Origin: Octopus bimaculoides
Lineage: Eukaryota
NCBI RefSeq assembly: GCF_001194135.2
Contig: NC_068999.1
Span: forward strand, 3,984,532 to 4,048,531
DNA length: 64,000 bases
Direction: 5' to 3'
Both the position numbers and the translations under genes were made by a program. The notes beneath the pieces are model-generated. The model made no database searches and had not been told where the DNA came from. It saw only the letters and a program-made list of their open reading frames with translations. Shown piece after piece: positions 38,727 through 51,456 of this stretch; positions within the stretch are counted from its first letter, which is position 1, and each line of letters opens with the position of its first letter.

Positions 38727-41700
38727 TTTTATAATAATAATACTACAAGGTATTTTGTCTGGTGCTCTAACAATTCTGGAAGTCCATCACTGTACTTGGT
38801 TGGTACTTTATTTTACTAACTTTGCAGGAACAAAAGGCAAATGCTGCCCCCAGAAGGACGAAAGCCCAGAACATGAGGAACCAAAGTGAAAAGTTGTTTC
38901 TAGTTTAGGTACAAAGTCAGCAATTTTGAGGGGAGGGTGTTGGTTGATTACATCATCCCAAGTACTTGAGTGGTACTTTATTTTATTGACTTTCGAAGTA
39001 TGAAAGGCAAAAGTGGACTTCAGTGGGATTTGAACTCAGAACCTAAAGAGCAAGAATAAACACTGTTAAATATTTTTCCAACACACTAATGACTCTGTAG
39101 CAGATAGCTACCAACTATTTTCCCTCGTTTTCCACATTTTCCCTCAAGTCCTTGGCCTATTGTTCTTACTTGTTGCACCAGGAGATTTGTTTACCACAAC
39201 CACTCAAAATAGTTGTCATCTCTATTATAATGATATTATGATCATACAAATAAATGGCCATCTGAATAACTAATAAATATTGTCTTTCACTCATTTATGC
39301 AATGCATATTATTGTTGTACATGGTCATTACACTTGGTGATTCCATCATTATAACTCTATTCATCCATTCTACTTAAGCATTAATAAACAAAGCCATTTG
39401 CCTGGTATTCCGCTTATATCCACCAACTTTGTTCTGTTGTAAATTCTCCAATAGTCACCAAAACTTTGATATTTCTAAGGGTTAAAACGAAAATATGACA
39501 TTAATGGTTTTCCTAAAATTACTAGTGTTTACCGCTTAGCTGGAGCCATGCTGAGGCCATGCCATGACACTGCTATCAGGAATAATTGGGTTATAAACTG
39601 AATACAATACATTAGCAACAGCTGGGGGTAAAAACTGAATGATATTTCATTCATTGAGAATTCTTTTACTTCTCTTCTACATTGTTTTGTTCAATAACCA
39701 ATATTATATTACCTGTTATCAGCTTAACATTGATTTTTATTTCACTTTTTTTAAATATACATCCTATGGTAGCAGCCATTTTGGAAGGTGAATCAAACCA
39801 TATTATATTTGCTACTTAATGTCAGTGTGATACTGTTATCATATTGTGTCGATATTATTTATTGTAGCAACTATTTGAATCATTGAAATATCATTTGTGT
39901 TGTTGTTGTTGTTGTTATTAGCTGCATTTCATTTCTGCCATTGAAATATCTGGTTACCAGTTACAGCTCTACTTTATCTATGAAATATGGCTTATCAGCT
40001 TACTTCTCTTATCAATTCTCTTTCCCTCCCAATTAACTCTTTTGCTACCAACCTACCTGAGACCGCCCATGGTTCAATGATACAAACTTCCTGTTTTGGA
40101 GTAATCCAAAGGACTTCCCTCAAAATTTCAGCTCAATTTACTCTTTGAATCCTTTGCCTGTCCCATGTATCACACGTGACACAGAGGACATGTCCCCCTT
40201 GCATCCATGCATCATATATGATACACATTCCCAATTTTTTGTCATCCATCAGAGCAACTTGGGATTTTGCCTTTCATCCTTTTGTGAGGGGGCCAATAAA
40301 ATAAGTACCAGCCACGCACAGGGGTCAATGTAATTGACTATCCCTCTCTCTCCAAATTTCAGGTTTTGTGTCAATAGTAGAAAATATGATTATTATTATT
40401 ATTATTATTATTATTATCATTATCATTAAGGTGGTAAGCTGGCAGAGTTGTTAGCACATTGGGCAAAATACTTGGCAGTATTTCACCTGTTGCTACATTC
40501 TGAGTTCAAATTCCACTGAGGTCAACTTTGCTTTTTATCCTTTCAGGGTCAATAAATTAAGTACCAGTTGAGTACTGGGGTCGATGTAATCAACTATCAG
40601 ATGGGTAGCCATGATGGGTATATTGGGCTTTGTATATTTGTATATTTGTCAATTGGATGGCATGTGCTGCTCTTTCACTCAATAATAATAATAATGACAA
40701 TAATAATAATAAACCCATTGTATTAATATATGAAGGCCTGTTTTTTACTGACTCATGGATTTTTAGACAACTGTATTTGTATGCACAATCACACACACGC
40801 ACACGCGCGCGCGCGCGCGTGTGTGTGCGTACACATGTCTGAGTGTGTCCATGTGTCTGTCTGTGTAAATGTTTGCATTCTGCACTAAAACTGAAAATAA
40901 AGTCTCTGAACTACAGACCATGTTCTATGTTGACAATTGCTTGTCAATAAAACGTCTGCTATTAGTTCTAGGAATTGGTGTTGAATGGAACGAAAAATTT
41001 GATTCTTGATAAACAAAGAAAGATGAGCAACAGAAAGAGCATCTAGCTTTAAACAATGCCTCAGTAACAGGTGTTGGTCTAACCCATGCCAGCATGATAA
41101 AGCAGCTGTAAAACATATATATAGTATATATGACACATATGTGTGTGTTTACAATAAGAAATATGCTTCTCCACCACATGGTTTTAGGTTCAGTCTTGCT
41201 ACATGGCATCTTGGATGGAGTCATCATCATCATCATCATCGTTTAACGTCCGCCTTCCATGCTAGCATGGGTTGGACGATTTGACTGAGGACTGGTGAAA
41301 CCGGATGGCAACACCAGGCTCCANNNNNNNNNNNNNNNNNNNNNNNNNNNNNNNNNNNNNNNNNNNNNNNNNNNNNNNNNNNNNNNNNNNNNNNNNNNNN
41401 NNNNNNNNNNNNNNNNNNNNNNNNNNNNNNNNNNNNNNNNNNNNNNNNNNNNNNNNNNNNNNNNNNNNNNNNNNNNNNNNNNNNNNNNNNNNNNNNNNNN
41501 NNNNNNNNNNNNNNNNNNNNNNNNNNNNNNNNNNNNNNNNNNNNNNNNNNNNNNNNNNNNNNNNNNNNNNNNNNNNNNNNNNNNNNNNNNNNNNNNNNNN
41601 NNNNNNNNNNNNNNNNNNNNNNNNNNNNNNNNNNNNNNNGCGCACATGTATTTAACAGAAAGTACACATCACATTTTTCTGTTGCTTTTTTAGGTCATCA

Positions 41701-44700
41701 CATTGTGTCTTTTTTTTCTTTGTTCTTTTGTCTTTCATCAATCTTTGCAACAATAGAACATCTGAACTCTCAGCATCAACAGGGGGCGAGGAGCAGGGTA
41801 GCTGTGAGGTCGGGGGCGGGGAGGGGAATAGCAACACAATTATCCTTTTCTTTTTTACTTTTAGTTGGGGTCTTTTTTGGAATATTCTTTTAGGGATTCC
41901 CCCCCCCCTCTTGAATCAGAGAAGTTGGGTGATCCTTCTTTATTTGAAGCTTGTGACAAAAAAGAAGTAACACCATTGAGATAACAAAGGTTAATTAGTC
42001 AAATATTGAATGTCATGACTAATTTGCATAACCTTTCACCTCAAATGGTAACAACACTTACTAATTTTGTTGGGGGCAGGAATGGGAGGAGGTAGGGTGG
42101 CGATGTGTGTGTGTGCTGTGATATATCTTTCTGTCACCCTCCTTATCTTCTTTCAATATTCTGTTTCCCTTGTGCTTAAAACTAGAATTGTCATTTACAA
42201 ACCTGTTTGTTGTGTCATTGGATGAGCGGAGAGAAAGATAGTTTCCAAACATAGACTTACATAAATGTCTTTATCATTATGCACCCTCTACTGTGACCAT
42301 ACTACACTGTACACTCATATTTCGGTACTACGGACCTCCCTTTAACGGATTTTGGAAGCAGCAGACAAAATCTGGTGTATCTGACTCAATTTGAAAGACC
42401 CATGTGCTATGGATGAAGTTGTGACAACACTGGACATGAGCCACTGTTTTGAGAACTGACCACTAGTTCACAGGCAGTCATTTCATTTACATCAGTGTAA
42501 CAACACATGTAGCTCATTGCTCCATGGTTTTTGCCCTTCATGTACTACTGACACATCTGTACCACCAGCACAGCCTACAACCAGTAGTACATCATTAGAG
42601 CTGCAAAGCTCCAGTGACTCAGAATAAATTTCTGTGACACCACTATACGATCACGGCATATTAACAACACCTCTTCACCATCCATGTTACGTCTGATTTT
42701 AAATTTTAAAATGTTGAATTGACTGGTATTATAGTGTATATTTACAGTCTACAGGTATTTTACACTGTCAGATTGGATCGTCTGCTTGATTAATTAAGTA
42801 TTCTATTTATTCCTCTGTCTTTCATGATGTAATTGTTGATATTAGCCACTCCTAACATAAGCCTAATCTTAGTGTCAGTACCTGCAGGCAATCAGTTTCA
42901 TTGGACTGATGTTCCCCACCTTTTTGTCCATAGTACCAAGGAATGAGCATACTGTAGTGTACCACACTACTTTGTAGAGTACCACACTACTTGTAGTATG
43001 ACATATTGTTGTTTAAGCAAGAGAATCTTTAGTAGTTGCTCAGCTGGATGGAAATAGGAACGAAATCTTGCTATTATCACCTCGTATTTTATCTGCATCA
43101 TTTTAAAACCAGGATGTGTTGGATGCATTGATGTCCCTCTTCATTCAGTGAGGGAGTTTGGGGAAGTGTTGAACTGCTTTAGTTGAGGATGCATATAAAT
43201 GGAAGGGTTAGCTGGCTGGTCGGTTCGTTGGTTGGTTGGTTGGGTTCTGATCTATTGTGTCTCCTTATCCTGATAGCACAGGATTGATGTCAATGAATGC
43301 GATTCATTTCCCATCTTCTGTGAAAACATGTCTGCTCATAGGGAAATATTACGTTGCTTAGAAACAGGTGAGGGTTTGCGACAGGAAGAGAATCTGACCA
43401 TAGAAAATCTGCCTCAATAAAACTCCATCTGACTCATGCAAGTATGGCAAAGTGAATATTAAAACAATGATGATGGCCATTACCAGTGTCAAGTAAATGG
43501 CACCTGTGCCGGTGGCACATAAAAAAAAAAACCCTTCTACTTTCAGAATGGTTGGTTTTACGAAGGACAGCCAACCATAGAAACCATGTCAAATCAGGTT
43601 GTAGCCTGGTGCAGCTTACCAGCTCCAGTCAAACCATCCAACCCATGCTACCATAGAAAATGGATGCTAAATGATTATGATGATATATATATNNNNNNNN
43701 NNNNNNNNNNNNNNNNNNNNNNNNNNNNNNNNNNNNNNNNNNNNNNNNNNNNNNNNNNNNNNNNNNNNNNNNNNNNNNNNNNNNNNNNNNNNNNNNNTAA
43801 TATAGAGAGAGAGAGAGAGAGAGACAGAGAGACGGTGTGATACTATTTCATGTTCATTTTCCAATATAGTTTGAAGCATCTTGGCACTGGATGCGAGATT
43901 TTTATTCTTGTTATGAGGCCTCCTCCACCGATGTGTGATTTGTTGCTGGTATTGGTGTTAGCAGTGGTGATGTGCGTATATACATAATGGTGATGGGTAT
44001 ATATGGCTAGTGTTATTACTATTGTTGTATTTAGAATTTGTGGTTGTGGTATGTGTTGCTATGGCGATATTATGTGCATCATGTTTTGGTTTTGTTTATC
44101 CTGAGGCCACCTCTGATCCAGCTGATCTATGAAGACATTCTAACCACGATCGTCCTGTCCTTAATTGATAAAGTGTAATTTAATGCGTCCTTCTTTTCTA
44201 AAGAATGTGTATGATTTGATGAAGTTTTAACTATTACTTCTAGCAGGTCTGACAACAATGTAGACACGGTCTTTAAGTGGTGTTGGTGTTGGTGTTGCTG
44301 TTGTTGTAGTTCAATAATAATCAAGTAAAGCTATGTTCAAAGCTGTTTCATTCCTGATCTCACAGACTAATTATGTTAAGAATCATTACCAATGTCACTG
44401 GAAGTGGTGGCACCAGTACCATTAGTGGTNNNNNNNNNNNNNGATGGATTAGGACAAAACTGTAATGTTGTAGGTTTGTTTCTCTGTATTACAGTTTTGT
44501 CCTAATCCATCATACCTCCTAATCAAAGACAATCCTCATATGACCATCCCACCTTTATATTTCGGGCAGTACATCTGAGACTACATTCGGCAAGATATCC
44601 TTCTTTTATTAAGAAATATAAGGTGATTTGATGTGAGATTTGGCTTCTGTTTCTAGGGTGAATGACCGACTTGATTAATGTGTGTAGCTTGTTAGCATCA

Positions 44701-45616
44701 GATGTAAGTGTGTGTCAGAATGTATGCCTACACTCAGCATCACCTACTTTGATGTTGAAAGACTTTTATCTATACTCATCACACCTGAGTCTGTGACCAT
44801 CTACGCACCTGACATATGCACACGTACATGTGTGTCTACACATACCTCTATGCATATATGTGTGTGTATGCAAACGTACACACATACATTTATACATCTA
44901 CATGTGTGTATATGTGTGTCTGCATATGTGTGTCTACACATACCTCCATGCACATATGTGTGTGCATATGCATATGTATACACATACATACATCTATACA
45001 TCTACATGTGTGTATATGTGTGTCTACATATGTGTGTCTACACATACCTCTATGCATATATGTGTGTGCATATGCATACGTACACACGTACATTTATACA
45101 TCTACATGTGTGTATATGTGTGTCTGCATATGTGTGTCTACACATACCTCNNNNNNNNNNNNNNNNNNNNNNNNNNNNNNNNNNNNNNNNNNNNNNNNNN
45201 NNNNNNNNNNNNNNNNNNNNNNNNNNNNNNNNNNNNNNNNNNNNNNNNNNNNNNNNNNNNNNNNNNNNNNNNNNNNNNNNNNNNNNNNNNNNNNNNNNNN
45301 NNNNNNNNNNNNNNNNNNNNNNNNNNNNNNNNNNNNNNNNNNNNNNNNNNNNNNNNNNNNNNNNNNNNNNNNNNNNNNNNNNNNNNNNNNNNNNNNNNNN
45401 NNNNNNNNNNNNNNNNNNNNNNNNNNNNNNNNNNNNNNNNNNNNNNNNNNNNNNNNNNNNNNNNNNNNNNNNNNNNNNNNNNNNNNNNNNNNNNNNNNNN
45501 NNNNNNNNNNNNNNNNNNNNNNNNNNNNNNNNNNNNNNNNNNNNNNNNNNNNNNNNNNNNNNNGTGTGTGTGTAAATGCATGTGTACAGGAAGGTATATA
45601 TAGCTGTGTCTGTATA

Positions 45617-45649
<33 letters not shown>

Positions 45650-45690
45650 ATATACATACATACACATATGTATTTATATAAATACATAGA

Positions 45691-45728
<38 letters not shown>

Positions 45729-45957
45729 CACCCACCCACACACGTGTGTGTGAATGTTTGTATTCATATTCTTTGACACTCTCTCTCTCATACACTTTCA
45801 CCCTCTCTCCACCTCTCTTTCCTTTCTCTTCCACACACGCACTCTTTTTCCTCTCTCTTCCTCTCTCTTTCTTTCTCACTCGCTTTTCTTCTCTCTCTTT
45901 TCTAATACACTTCTTATATGCTCACTCACTCTCTCAGTCACTCTTTCTCTCTCTCTC

Positions 45958-45995
<38 letters not shown>

Positions 45996-46131
45996 TCTCT
46001 CTCTTCTCTACACACACATATACCTACCCCCTTTTTACATACCCTCTTTTTACACACACATATTCCTCTCTCTCACTCTTTCTTTCTCTCTTTTACTCTC
46101 TCTCTCTCTCTCACTTTTTCTTTCCCTCTTT

Positions 46132-46182
<51 letters not shown>

Positions 46183-47705
46183 NNNNNNNNNNNNNNNNNN
46201 NNNNNNNNNNNNNNNNNNNNNNNNNNNNNNNNNCCCTTCTCAACATCCAAAACTGTCCAATTCACCAATCTGTTTTACAGCTGCTACACCTACTCCTACT
46301 ACTGCTGCTACTACTACTGCTTCTTCTGCTACAACTACCACCTCTGCAACTATTACCACAACCACTACTACTACTACTACTACAGCAACTATTGATGCTG
46401 TTCTGTCACAGCTAACTTGCAGCGCTTCTGCCAGACACTCTGATGGCAATAGTATCTTCGTCTTCACCCTCCACACCATCACACCACCACCAACACCACC
46501 ACCTTCACCACGACACCACCAACATGATGAACAACAACACCAAGATGTCCCATTCTTCCACCTGTATTACCTTAGTCTCTATGTATTCTAATCTTTCATT
46601 TACAGAACAACAAGCAGGCAAAGAACAACAAAATGGTCACAACATGGAGCCAACTTCCAACGATGAGTCTGAAGAGGTAATTCACCTTACTTTAATTATC
46701 TACNNNNNNNNNNNNNNNNNNNNNNNNNNNNNNNNNNNNNNNNNNNNNNNNNNNNNNNNNNNNNNNNNNNNNNNNNNNNNNNNNNNNNNNNNNNNNNNNN
46801 NNNNNNNNNNNNNNNNNNNNNNNNNNNNNNNNNNNNNNNNNNNNNNNNNNNNNNNNNNNNNNNNNNNNNNNNNNNNNNNNNNNNNNNNNNNNNNNNNNNN
46901 NNNNNNNNNNNNNNNNNNNNNNNNNNNNNNNNNNNNNNNNNNNNNNNNNNNNNNNNNNNNNNNNNNNNNNNNNNNNNNNNNNNNNNNNNNNNNNNNNNNN
47001 NNNNNNNNNNNNNNNNNNNNNNNNNNNNNNNNNNNNNNNNNNNNNNNNNNNNNNNNNNNNNNNNNNNNNNNNNNNNNNNNNNNNNNNNNNNNNNNNNNNN
47101 NNNNNNNNNNNNNNNNNNNNNNNNNNNNNNNNNNNNNNNNNNNNNNNNNNNNNNNNNNNNNNNNNNNNNNNNNNNNNNNNNNNNNNNNNNNNNNNNNNNN
47201 NNNNNNNNNNNNNNNNNNNNNNNNNCAATGTTGAATGTACTAATTTCAGCCAAACTGTGTAACTATGGTCTCTCCAAGTGCCTCAAATCCATTCTTGTAA
47301 TGCCTCAAACATTATTTTACCTTACAAAATATTCACCATTCTCTCATTCTCTCCATTCAATCGCACAAACCAAAAAAATAATAATTTCAATAATTTATTT
47401 TCTTCGAGATGTTTATTTTTTCTTTTGTTCAAATGGAATTCATGCCATTCCCTCCTTTTTGTTTTACATACAGGGTTCTAATCCAACCGGATTAACGTTA
47501 CACTACCACCACCCCCTCATACCACCCACCCATCCACCCACCGTACATACCCTCATTTTTGTATTTAGCATCTAGCTTCCCCCATTCTATGTACCATACC
47601 ATGTCACATCCCACCCACTGCCACTCTGCATCACTACTGTACATACCATCGTAACATTGGACCTCCATCCACCCCTGTTGCTATATACAACTATCCATGC
47701 ATGAG

Positions 47706-47758
<53 letters not shown>

Positions 47759-50003
47759 NNNNNNNNNNACACACACATACACACACTCTCTCTCTCTCTC
47801 TCTCATCGACCTCCCACATGCACACCCATTCATACAACTCCTACGTACACACACACACACACATACACCTACACACAAATACTCCTATCCACACAAAACA
47901 TCCACCCCTACCTGTGACAATAGTGGTCAGACACATCCTGTATAGGTTTACATTTTCCCTTTCATGAAGGACCGTTGTTGCAATATTTCTAATTTCTAAT
48001 GTTACTCTGTGACTGTGTACGTCGAGGGCTTCCCTCCTCATTTGTTGTGTGACCTGTGTATGTCGATAATTTGGCACCTCGGTTCCTAATGATCCGAATA
48101 TGCTGATAAATCACACCCTATGTTGTTGCAAGACCCATTTATGTTATAAATGTGACCCTTTCTATTAGTCTGAGACCCAAGTATGATGAGGAATAAATCC
48201 TTCTGTTGCTGTGACTGTTGAGGACTCTGATTTGTTTGTTGCTGTATGATAAGTGAATGTTGACAGCTTCTCCCCTTCGTTTCTGTGTGACCAACGGATG
48301 CTATGAACTTGGTTTCTTGTGTCATTGTGTGACCTATACCTGTATGTTGAAGACACTCGCCCCCACCTTGTTGCTGTGTAACCCTTGTATGGTAAAGACT
48401 TACTTCGGAGCATTTGAAATAAGGGTGATAGTGTTTAGAGCTGTAGCTCTGTTTTTCTTAAACCGACCCCTGTCGAAATCATTCAACCAAAAAACTGTCG
48501 GAATGTGATCTGTTCAATGTTGATGGGAAAGTTCTGTACTTGGAAGTAGGTAGCCGTGAAGAATTTGGTCGGTCATCGTCCGTTGGTTATAAGTGAAGAG
48601 ACACATGGTCACAGTAAGTGCCAAGCTTGCAGAGATGGTAAAGGCTGTACCATTGGTAGGATACAGGCCATTCCCTTCCCTGAGACATCTACCACCCACA
48701 TACATAAAACAAAAATCCCAAACAATTTAAAGAAAAAAGGATTTTTGTAATTAAAATAAAAAAAACTGAAATAAAAAATGCTTAACATTGAATTTAAAGA
48801 AGAATTAAAGAGGCAGGAAATTGAAAAAGGATAAAATACTGATCTTCACTCCATTTAATCTCCATGTACAGTCCATGTGCTTGGGTCAATAATGAATTAA
48901 AAATTTCCCTTTTAGCTATGGGGACATAAAGAAAGACAACAAGGATAAAACTGCGGTCCTTTAATTTTATTTCCTGGCCTGTCGACATAGTATATAATGT
49001 GTATATACTATGTATATACATGTCAGCATAGTATATAGTGTGTACATACAAAGAATATACACGTCAGCGTAGTGTGTAGTGTGAACTTGAAAACATTCAG
49101 ACATTATCTCCAGCTTTCAAAATCCTTGTTGCATTTCACATGGAATTTTTGCTCCCCCAAATTTGTCTTGGTGTAGAACACAATCTACTTTCTTTTAGGG
49201 GCTATTCCACTGAAGTCGAATTTGCTATTCATCATTTCAGTTGTCGATAAATTAAGTACCAGTTGCATACTGGGGTCAATGCAATCAACTTAATCCCTTC
49301 CCCCAAATTTGAGACCTTGTGCTCTCAGTAAAAAAGCTTATTATTATTATCATCATTATTGTTGTTGTTGTTGTTATATGAAAGGCATTGAGTTGGCAGA
49401 AACGTTAGCACGCTGGGCAGTATTTCGTCTGCCGTTAGGTTCTGAGTTCAAATTCTGCCGGGGTCAATTAAACAAGTACCAGTTAGGCACTGGGATCGAC
49501 GTAATCAACTTAACCCCTTTNNNNNNNNNNNNNNNNNNNNNNNNNNNNNNNNNNNNNNNNNNNNNNNNNNNNNNNNNNNNNNNNNNNNNNNNNNNNNNNN
49601 NNNNNNNNNNNNNNNNNNNNNNNNNNNNNNNNNNNNNNNNNNNNNNNNNNNNNNNNNNNNNNNNNNNNNNNNNNNNNNNNNNNNNNNNNNNNNNNNNNNN
49701 NNNNNNNNNNNNNNNNNNNNNNNNNNNNNNNNNNNNNNNNNNNNNNNNNNNNNNNNNNNNNNNNNNNNNNNNNNNNNNNNNNNNNNNNNNNNNNAGCACA
49801 CTGGACGAAATGCTTAGTGGTATTTTATCTGTTATTACGTTCTGGGTTCAAATTCTGCCAAGGTCGACTTTACTTTTAATCCTTTTAGGTTTTAGGGTCG
49901 ATAAATTAAGCACCAATGAAACACTGGTATCAATGTAATCAACTGGTCCCCTCCCCCCAAATTTCAGGCCTTGTACCTTTAGTTGAAAGGATTATTATCA
50001 TTA

Positions 50004-50035
<32 letters not shown>

Positions 50036-51412
50036 GTGAGGTTGTTGATTGAAGATATTGTGTGCCTGGCAACGGTCATGCTCGGATATGCTTTCAATGT
50101 TCTGCTGGTACAAGTGCCAATCAGGCAGTACTGTCATCGGCCACGTCAGCGATTTTGATTTGTTTGCACTTGCCTCAGTAGGTTTTCACAAGCAAAGTTC
50201 ATTGTCCAATGAATGAGGGGTACTCATAAGAGGGCCGGTTACACCTAATTCTTTCATTTTCCTTCTGCTTCACTGATGTCTTCTCTTTCTCTCTCTCCCT
50301 CCCTCCCTCTCTCCCCTCCCTCCTCTAGCCCCCTTCTATGACCACACCTATCCCCACTCCCACAAACTATAATCAGACCATAATCACAGACTTTCACAAT
50401 TAAAGGGATCAAAACTACTTCATATTAAAAATAAACCATTTTTGCTTCTTACTGTTCTCTAAAACTTTTCACCGAGACTGTCCTTGTCACCTCTCACCTG
50501 CAATTTCTTTATTTTTCTGCCAGGAAAAAGAAGTAAATAAAATTTATCCAAGAGGTGAGGTTCATCGTCATCACCACCACCACCACCTCCACTATTACTT
50601 TAGCCATCACTGTCATTGTCACCGTTGTCATCATTGATTGCTATTATCATCGCTGTTGCTGTATTCATCAATCATCATCACCGTTGCTGTAGTTGTCATC
50701 ACCATCACTATCATCATCATAATTGAGCCACTGTTGTCATCACTACCGACACCACCACCACTGTCACCATCTCCACCTCCATCACCACCCTTCCAGCTGA
50801 AAACGTGAAGATTCTCACTGTTGTGTTGCTAGGCAATATCTTCAGAATCCTTAATTTCATTTTCTTATCACAGATAATCCCTTAAATCACTCCTTTCTTC
50901 TTTCTTTCCTCCCTGTCTCCGGTTCTTTACAATGTAGACCATTCTTGGAACTACAAACGTGTTTCAGGAATTACAACAAGAGTGTTTGGTCAGAACATGA
51001 AGATATTTNNNNNNNNNNNNNNNNNNNNNNNNNNNNNNNNNNNNNNNNNNNNNNNNNNNNNNNNNNNNNNNNNNNNNNNNNNNNNNNNNNNNNNNNNNNN
51101 NNNNNNNNNNNNNNNNNNNNNNNNNNNNNNNNNNNNNNNNNNNNNNNNNNNNNNNNNNNNNNNNNNNNNNNNNNNNNNNNNNNNNNNNNNNNNNNNNNNN
51201 NNNNNNNNNNNNNNNNNNNNNNNNNNNNNNNNNNNNNNNNNNNNNNNNNNNNNNNNNNNNNNNNNNNNNNNNNNNNNNNNNNNNNNNNNNNNNNNNNNNN
51301 NNNNNNNNNNNNNNNNNNNNNNNNNNNNNNNNNNNNNNNNNNNNNNNNNNNNNNNNNNNNNNNNNNNNNNNNNNNNNNNNNNNNNNNNNNNNNNNNNNNN
51401 NNNNNNNNNNNN

Positions 51413-51456
<44 letters not shown>

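Noticed and set aside
46234-46591. Mucin-like Thr/Pro-rich frame upstream of exon 3
   Set aside because: Trinucleotide repeat decay; this frame stops before the acceptor.
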